Below are positions 57,301 through 64,000 of a DNA stretch of 64,000 nucleotides, piece after piece. The notes under the pieces are model-generated. The model was not told the origin of the DNA, made no database searches, and saw nothing but the letters and a program-made list of their open reading frames with translations. Positions within the stretch are counted from its first letter, which is position 1; each line of letters starts with the position of its first letter. Origin of the DNA: Macrostomum hystrix (Eukaryota; Animalia; Platyhelminthes); the NCBI GenBank assembly GCA_950097015.1, contig CATNEN010000001.1:22134001-22198000 (forward strand), given 5' to 3'. The translations under genes were made by a program, and so were the position numbers.

Positions 57301-58872
57301 GGTATTGCGTAGCTGATTAGTTACAATAACACCGTCTGTTGAAGCTTTAGTTTTAGGAAAAAGATTAGGACAGAACTGGACACTGGTGTCTTTCAATTTG
57401 GTTAGCTCTTTGTCTGTTGATGCAAGAATATTAATAGAGCCTGCAATATTTTGTAGAGAAGACAATCCAAGGTATTGGATATACGGCGAAATAATTAGCA
57501 GATTACCAGAGTCGCTGTTGCCAAGCGCGCTCTCGATTTTCTTTAAGCTAGACATGAATGATAAATTTCTAAGGAGTGGTTTTTTAATAGTGACAAAAAT
57601 GCTTCCACGAACAACAGTCAGTCGGCTAAATATAAAATTCAGGTCTTCAATGCTTAGCCTCTTTTGGCCTTCTGTATTTTTGCCGTCGAAACAAGTATCC
57701 AGAATACTGATGTCTCCAGTGAACTCTGTGCACGGCAAAACAGAAGAATTTTTTAGTGGACTTATCAATGCATTGTTATCGCTGCATAAAATAGCAGACT
57801 CAACAGCGTCACAATGCCGAATAGCTTGCATTTTGACGCAAGTCCGGTTACTGTTGGCCGAATAGCCCGTAGTGCATTTGCTAACACAGGCATCTTCTTC
57901 GACAAAGAACGAGCTAGGACATTTAGAAACACATATTGGACCTAGCGGATATAACTTCTCCTGCGACTTAATGTAGCGTGCACTTACAGTGTCGTATACT
58001 TTAGACGAATATCGACAAGCGTCAACACACGTTCCATTCTTATTGAACATAGCGCATCCATAACATTGTCTTGACGAGGAACCAAAGCAACCGCCTAGGC
58101 AGTTATCAGGACAGCAATGTTCAACGCCGTTGCTTAAAAAGCACCTGTTCGATACACACTCACGATTGCTGCGGCACTTGGACCTTACTTGACACTGGTC
58201 GGGTTCAGGCCCCCAACAATATTTATTAGAATCGGGCCACTCAGGACAACTTGCATGGCATAGAGGCTTCTTATCGCCAGTACAAGGAAGATCTATACGG
58301 AAATTTTGCTTCTCAGTATCTGAAAACAGCTCCGTAAAATTGACGCGCTTCTCTAAATAGCAACTTTTCAAACCACCGATGCGAATTCCACCTTGGCCGA
58401 TGTATCTCAAACTACGGAAATCGACGGGTGGAATATCCATCTTACAGGTGGCCATGAAATGCATGGCGATAGCGTTGTCGTTGCACTGGCCTCGAATAAC
58501 TTCTAAATTCTTGAATGAAATCGGTTTACTAAAACAGCTGTCTATGATCTGGATGCAACCAGTTACTTCACGGATAGAATTGAGGAAAGACAGGTCGAAG
58601 GTCACGCCTTTGTCAATGAACTCTTGCTCGTTGATTTTTATTATATGAATGTCGCCAATAACAAATTGACAACCAGCAAGTGACTTTCGCAGAATTTCTA
58701 CCAACTTCACCGGATTACTCATACTGAACTCCGACCTTCGTGTGCCAACACAAGCAGTAGGCTCAGTAGCTGGAACCACAGCGGCTGACGGGAGCTTCTG
58801 GTTTAAGTCCAATAGTAGTAGAAACAGCACGCATAGTAGGCGGAAATGAAATGGCTTACACACAGACACCAT
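54346..58872 (-). CDS. egfr: EGFR/ErbB-family receptor tyrosine kinase with intronless CDS (likely start Met at 58872)
   Basis: Signal peptide (LLCVLFLLLL), two receptor-L domains, extended furin-like Cys-rich regions, TM helix, GSGAFG, VAIK, HRDLACRN, DFG, KLPVKWLALE, Tyr-containing tail. Confidence 0.95.
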   Translation of the reverse strand: MVSVCKPFHFRLLCVLFLLLLDLNQKLPSAAVVPATEPTACVGTRRSEFSMSNPVKLVEILRKSLAGCQFVIGDIHIIKINEQEFIDKGVTFDLSFLNSIREVTGCIQIIDSCFSKPISFKNLEVIRGQCNDNAIAMHFMATCKMDIPPVDFRSLRYIGQGGIRIGGLKSCYLEKRVNFTELFSDTEKQNFRIDLPCTGDKKPLCHASCPEWPDSNKYCWGPEPDQCQVRSKCRSNRECVSNRCFLSNGVEHCCPDNCLGGCFGSSSRQCYGCAMFNKNGTCVDACRYSSKVYDTVSARYIKSQEKLYPLGPICVSKCPSSFFVEEDACVSKCTTGYSANSNRTCVKMQAIRHCDAVESAILCSDNNALISPLKNSSVLPCTEFTGDISILDTCFDGKNTEGQKRLSIEDLNFIFSRLTVVRGSIFVTIKKPLLRNLSFMSSLKKIESALGNSDSGNLLIISPYIQYLGLSSLQNIAGSINILASTDKELTKLKDTSVQFCPNLFPKTKASTDGVIVTNQLRNTRTGNFFRKIQNGFFQKMCPAELDKCHEECDSSYGCWGPLANHCVKCSRAKAGQHCISDCSSASGWFNHSLTTSISSTQPILENHCSRCSVLCSKCFGPNDDDCTDCVPAAFRDETKCVRECSIRTQYSDSNRICRNCSKLCLNQKNNIPTCSGNGSFVGHGGCQFCARVLPELDKTGVRILTCLNAREPCPDGFYVAVLDQSHVVDFPEILQILKSTTLSVSICLRCADQCKKCRGAPGICTECKYFSVELKKDLERSQIQCTSGSECPGGYFLVEQEKICKPCAQHCSKCSGPTDSECYKCDDRVYTYFPDGINSTNTRFTCVSSCPDTQPHAVSFENLGMTCSSNPTNSVEERERHKAAKITAFQIGFAVFVVLLLFSCIVVSCYWFRQRSRNSRKKSRIIGVWDEDMEPLNVTNTVPNVAVLRTISEKEISRGQEVGSGAFGTVFRGEWFPDGENKKISVAIKILSDSIGDSNVSSELLEESRIMASVEHPHCVRLVGICMAQPLQLITQFMPLGNLRDFLRARKDTDQIGSSHLLRYASQIASGMGYLEQRNIIHRDLACRNVLVASAKCVKITDFGLAKVLDNPNDEYKASGGKLPVKWLALECLVSRKFSHKSDVWAYGVTLWEIFMFGDPPYVNVKPADLADYLEKGERLPQPPICTLDVYILMIKCWMLNESQRPTFDELEATFKKMAHDPGRYVYIKGDKYARNPSNESASTEHRSESSKSPSVNHISASERLASAEVDDCNYSALDTTDMENDVFRGDLSLLLVPGTSTSQPSASNNSADESSEAIAADASAVAAGASASASRSSSRQPRTHPRGSQMYVNVKKPRPSSNNDNKYTSDPCKVTADEHLSPTDESSSGNADHDYLPPIRADSNASQDATSQTRPPNSLPPCTTVQNPEYFFNASRRQYHNIVEQSPTAQVGVETDDAFLPLPPPPPPPLPSPPPALPHPLQLWVAAARTSRSNSSMDEDTNLSYV

Positions 58873-61800
58873 GTCACCAGATATAGTTGTAGATTGGCGA
58901 AACAAAAGCTTAGCAGTGCCGTTGTTGCCGACCCGATATTTGCAGAGCAGAGTGGTCGAACAAATACTTAGATGAGCACGCGGCGCACAACCAGAATCAG
59001 TTGGCACGTAGTTCGGTTGCTGGGCTAGGTAAATCGACAACTGATGTGGAAGCTAATTTTAGACACACGGGAAGAGGCTGGCGAAAGAATGCAGTTTCCC
59101 AACGCACTGGCGCAAAGATCGGCGGCCGCAGCAGTGAATTATAGAGGGACAAAAATAGAGTGATTGGCAGAACGAGCGGGCCTCTCGTGCAAACCCTGTT
59201 TCTGTTTGTTCTAAGCAATACTACCAAAAAGGGACCTTTCTCTCTGTCTCTCTGTGCGCAGTTCTATGTAGCAACGATTTAATAGCGAAGAGTACACTGC
59301 AAAGCACCCACCTCATCATGCTTCCCCACTATATGGGGCTACGAACACGCAAGTGGGCCACATGGGTTTGGTAGGACAGAGAGGCAGCGGAATGAGGGTG
59401 CGGGGAGCGATAGGCTATCACCAATAGCAAATCCCAACTGAAGTGGAGGCTTTTGCGTAAGAATCGGAACTAAACGCAGCTGTACAGTGAAGCATTGGGG
59501 GCGGGGTGCGTGTGGGGGGGGAGGCTCAACCCACTCTATTTTCATACCCAAAACTGTAAACTGTGAAGAGGAAACTGGAAGAGGAATAAAGAAAATAGAA
59601 ATGAAGGCAGGGGGAGGAGTGGAGGAGTGAAGCACTAAAGAAAAGGTGCTGCAAAGGGGAACGGGAGGAGTCATCTGCTACCATTTAGGGCCAGCGCACT
59701 ACTACAACAATTGGAAGTTGTCATAAAACTCATCCGTCAAGTTTCCAAATTAAATTTTGCAATCACGAGACCCCAGAGCTGGGAAATATTTAGCTCGCGC
59801 AAATTAAAAATTCTACTCAATTGTAAACTTTCAGCAACACGCGCATTGCTTTGGAACTTTGCCAGCAGAATTCTTTCTACAACTAGCAAACCTTTGGGTT
59901 TGGGACAGAAAAGGGAAGAGCGTAAAAATGGGAAGGCATTTCGGACTGGCTGTTGAGTGAAGTCTGGTCGCATGAGTCACACCTAATCACGTGGACATCT
60001 ACAAAGCGCAGCAGTAGGTAAGAAACTTAACAAGGGGAACTTTAGAGGCTATGAGGAGCATGAGTGACGGGATTAAATTTTGTTAGAACCCAAAAAGAAG
60101 CAGCAGCTGAGGTAAGGCGCGCGCACTAGAGACGGATGAGTGCTGGAGAAGGAAGCTAATACAAACAGGATTAATATTTCAGGTGGGGACCTGCATGCTT
60201 GGAAATTGAGTCAAAACGAAGTTTTAAAGACAAAAACGTGTATGAAAGAAGTATTCTGTAAAACAAAGACAAAATAGTACTGAATCTGTGTAGAAATGAG
60301 AGAGAATTACAGAAAGTTGATCTGCGAGACCAGGGGCAAATTGATTGATGGATGAGTCAGTTGCGTGTTCTGAGTGCAACCTTGATGGCTAGGCGGGAGT
60401 CGATTATAATGTGAAGTCAATTTATAAACTAAACAAAAGCTCCTACACCTGTACACTGGTTTGAAAAACTATATTTTAAGTCCTAAGCGATAATATTAAA
60501 AAAGGAGAAGTCGAATAAGTAGAGAAACGTCCCACATGGAGTAGACTGTACTCGCAAGCCTTTGGTAAATTCGGTATATTTTGTGACACATCTGCAAACA
60601 AAGGAATATATATATATATAGGGAAGGATGATCTAATTTCTATAAATTGATCAGAGAAATCAAAACACATTACCAGACAACTTTCTAATACAATAAGCAT
60701 ACCAATAGGCGATTTTATAAATGAATTTTTAACACCGTAGATTGAGCGCTCTACCTTGTCGGAACTTAAAAATGAGAATATAGAATCGCTTTTATCAGAA
60801 TGTAAAGTTTAACAAAAATACACCTCAAGAGAAGATCCTAATCATAAAATAAAATAGTTAATTAATGCCATATGCAATTACGGTTGGGTAAAGACAGAAA
60901 ATGAAATAGTTGTCATAGCAGGATAATAAGACATTTTTGTTGCTCTAGGCAAAGAAAAGCTAACACGGAAAGCCTAGTAGAACTCGTTTTCTTGTGTCGA
61001 CTCTTAGAATTAAGTATTGAAGGTCTCGAGGAAGATAAGATAAGGGGAGTTATATTGCATTTTTGGTTCTATTGTCCACTGCAAGCTAAAAAAACTGAAA
61101 AATGCCCAACGCAGAAAGCAAATCTCCTAACATTGTTATTATAATTTTCCTGTTCCGGTCCAGGGAAGCATTCCAAGAGGCGACAAGGCAAATGGCGGAC
61201 TAGAAATTCGACAACAATCATATCGGAGGCAATGGGCAGATAAATCACAGGATTAAAAATGAAAGAAATATGTCAGATTTTCATAAAAGAAAATGAATAT
61301 TACAAGCGTCGTCTGTTCCTATGAGAGTAGCTAGCAATAATATGAATAAGATCGATTGCAGTTGAATGAAAACAGAAACAAAAAATCGGATAAAAACTGC
61401 GAATGCATTGAAAGCCATACATGACGGGGTTCCCTCACGCAACCAAAATTTGCAATATAATAATTATTATTAATAAATAATCGAATGCCTGCACCACAGA
61501 ATTACCCAAATAGACATAAAGATTTCATATGCGGGATAGGTTGCAAAGAACACATTTGAAATAAATAAGAGAAATTCAATTCAAACAGATTTATTGTAAA
61601 ATTAAAAAGAGTTTTCAAATAAATAAAACTGACATTTGGCATTGTGCAGCGGTGCTCAAAATAAACAGTTCTAAAAATAGCAACATTTTGTTTGCTTGTT
61701 TGCGCTTGCATCCGCGGAAAGATTTCACTGGAATTTATAGAAAAAGTATACATTCTTGTCTTCTGTGATTAACAACCATGCTTTCAACAAAAATCATTAT

Positions 61801-61928
61801 AGTATTTTGTGTCGTGAAATTAAAGGACTAGTTATTAATATAAAGCAGTGGCTAGGGGCTGCCGGCAGATACCGATCAGGATTTTGCAAACCAATCGCTA
61901 TGGAAACAGGCCTGTCAAAACTGTGTAA

Positions 61929-62347
61929 CCCTGTAAAAAATTCGGCTGCTTCTTCGGTGGGTTTTTTGTGCAAAATAGGAGTGGAATCTACCAAAATCCC
62001 CCTATCTCGCAAGAGTTAAAGAAACCACCCAGGAAGCAGCCGATGTAACCGTAAATTGTGCGGAAACCGCCGGAGAATCACCCGAACCAGTGACCCATGG
62101 GACAACCAGAGAATTATTTACGGGCGATTCCTCGGCGGTTTCTGAGCATGGAATCTTCCGAACTGGAGGATTCTTTGGGTGATTCCATTTCGCCACCAAG
62201 AAGCACCGAGAAACCGCCCAGTTGGATAGATTCTAAGCATGGAATCATCCGATTGGTATGTTTCCAGCGTTCGGCTGTTTCTTTTTCTGGAAACACCGCA
62301 GATTCCAACTGGAATCACCCAAAGCAACATCCCTATTTTTTAGCAGG
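61929..62347. mobile_element. MITE-like dispersed repeat, copy 2
   Basis: Same orientation as and highly similar to 51175-51592; flanked by AA...AA. Confidence 0.75.
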
Positions 62348-62971
62348 AATTTAGAAATAATTTATATATTTTATTGTAACTGCCAAATTAGACAGCAAAT
62401 GATGTAAATCAAAATACTGGCTATGTTGACCTTATAGGCTTGACCAATAAAATCGCATTGTTATTTTCCACTTACAGAAAGCTACAACAATCCCAGCAAA
62501 AGAAAACAAAGAGAGTATTTTCAATAATAGAGAACTGGAAGCACAGTACGGCAAAGCAGGCAAATTAAAGGAAAGATAATTATGGTGGTGATGAAAAAAT
62601 GAACTGGCAAACGAACACACGAATATCCAGAGAAGCATGCGACAGGGTAGATCCCAGGACCACGCCAAAAAATAACAAAAAGCAACCTCTTATTCTATTC
62701 AATCGAGCATACTCAGAAACCAGAGTAGTTAATGATATAACGTTTTATCGTGACATTTTAGAAAAATCATAAACGCAATATAAAATATAAACTGGTGACA
62801 CAATGGGATAAAGCAGCAGTTTATTGTCGCTTTCCTTAAGCTCCTAAAATAGTTTCTGATTCTCATATAAAAAAGGAATAAAACTGGGGATTACTGATCA
62901 ATTCTTGAATTCGGGCAAGATAAACTATCCACTGTAAGTTGTTAGCTATTTATTCCGATTTCACATCCAAA

Positions 62972-64000
62972 CTAGGTCGTGGCGGTGGCAGCGCCGACCC
63001 CGCTGGAGAGGTCCGTGCCGCTACCGGAGGCGCCGAACTCTGCCGCGGTGAACTCGTTCTCCTTGGCGGTGCTCTCGTCGATTGGTGCCGAATTAAGATC
63101 AATGTCCGGCGTTGCCAGGACGTCGCTAGGCGATAGGCGCGGCAGCTCCATCTGCTCAGGATAGATCCACGGCTTCCAGCCCGGATTGTTCTTGGCCTTC
63201 CAAGAGTCGTACTTGATGGCCGCCTTGTGTAGGCGTTGGGCAACTTTCGGAGCAACAAAGTTGGTGGCCTTGTTAACAGCCCAGGCTGGAAGTTTACCTG
63301 CGAATTGGAATGACACTTGCAGTTGAGATCACACGCCTTTAATAGTGTACTTCGACATCGCCGGCCCTGCTCCTCCCATCATGAAATTTCCATGTTTTAT
63401 CCTTCGTGTCTCGTGTCTTTTCTATCCCATGTCTGATCTATCTCGAGTCTTATCTATCCCCCTGTCTGATCTATTATCTCGTGTCTTATCTATTCGCTGT
63501 CTGATCTATCTCGTGTCTTCTCTAAACCCTGTGCGCCAGAACAATGTCAAAATTAAATGTCCACCTTGAAATTGTGTTTTAAATGTTCGGCTCAAATTCC
63601 TTCTAGTAATTATTGCATGATACTAACGGGTGTTGTAGCCTAGTGGTTAGAGTGTCGGACCGACCACAAAGATCTGGGGTTCGATCCCTGACTCCACTGG
63701 AACAAATTGTGTCCTTTAGCAAAACACTTAACTCTGCATTGCTTCAGTTCACCCAGCTGTTTTATGGGTACCAGCATCAGCAGGGGTAACTCTGGGTGGG
63801 TGGGTGTGGCGCCCCCAGTCCATGGACTGAACAGCCGTACGCAGTCTTCAGATGCAAACGCGCAATAGCTGGGGCTGTGCTGTCGGCGGCACATCTGGCC
63901 CGATTGGGGCAGGTGTAATTAATTATTAATAATCATATAACATGAATCTAATACCAAAAGTCTACCTCTGGGATCAACCTGGGCGACGTAGGACAGATGG
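62972..64000 (-). CDS. STARD10: 3' end of a START-domain (STARD10/PCTP-like) gene; exons 62972-63297 and 63966 to window edge
   Basis: [28 protein letters not shown]...YDSWK...KPWIYPEQ matches the STARD10 C-terminus; GT-AG intron 63298-63965. Confidence 0.85.
63628..63931 (+). mobile_element. tRNA-derived SINE with CORE-like central domain, in the STARD10 intron
   Basis: Box A TAGCCTAGTGG, box B GGTTCGATCC, CORE-like gtgtcctttagcaaaacacttaac...cagttcacccagctg...atgggtacc, TAA-rich tail. Confidence 0.8.

Noticed and set aside
58873-59040. N-terminal extension of the 1564-aa EGFR ORF
   Set aside because: Begins at a non-ATG codon; the signal peptide follows the Met at 58872.
63628-63700. tRNA gene
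   Set aside because: Boxes A and B are present but there is no complete cloverleaf, and the sequence continues into a CORE-like SINE body.

Overview
Eukaryotic (animal) genomic DNA. The GC-rich exons, many unrelated minisatellites and the gene set suggest a free-living flatworm such as Macrostomum; this is an inference. Main result: scattered minus-strand ORFs from 31261 down to 8377 join into one 13-exon gene (4185 nt CDS, 1394 aa) in which every splice phase matches. It encodes an unrecognised ~349-aa N-terminal domain, four ankyrin-repeat exons each preceded by a micro-exon, and a MAP3K/STE-like kinase. Its 5' five exons are tandemly triplicated (4781-bp period, 27049-41078), the outermost copy lies head-to-head with an orphan 392-aa ORF, and a paralogous pre-kinase micro-exon sits at the left window edge. 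Its introns contain a near-intact Gypsy LTR element (12121-16743, GAATT TSD) and a retroelement nest: a degenerate RTE-X-like LINE, a LOA/R1-group element with 97/98-bp 5' monomers, and an Ingi-like element whose 5' end is an HDV-like ribozyme (26558-26626). Other genes: a FOG/ZFPM-like zinc-finger gene with an in-frame TAG, two hnRNP A/B-type two-RRM genes (one with a GC-AG intron), RPS27, an intronless EGFR-family receptor and the 3' end of a STARD10-like gene. Also present: a hAT MITE, a CORE-like tRNA-SINE, a short (AAG)-tailed retroposon and a second MITE-like repeat in two copies. All calls come from reading the sequence; no database searches were run.
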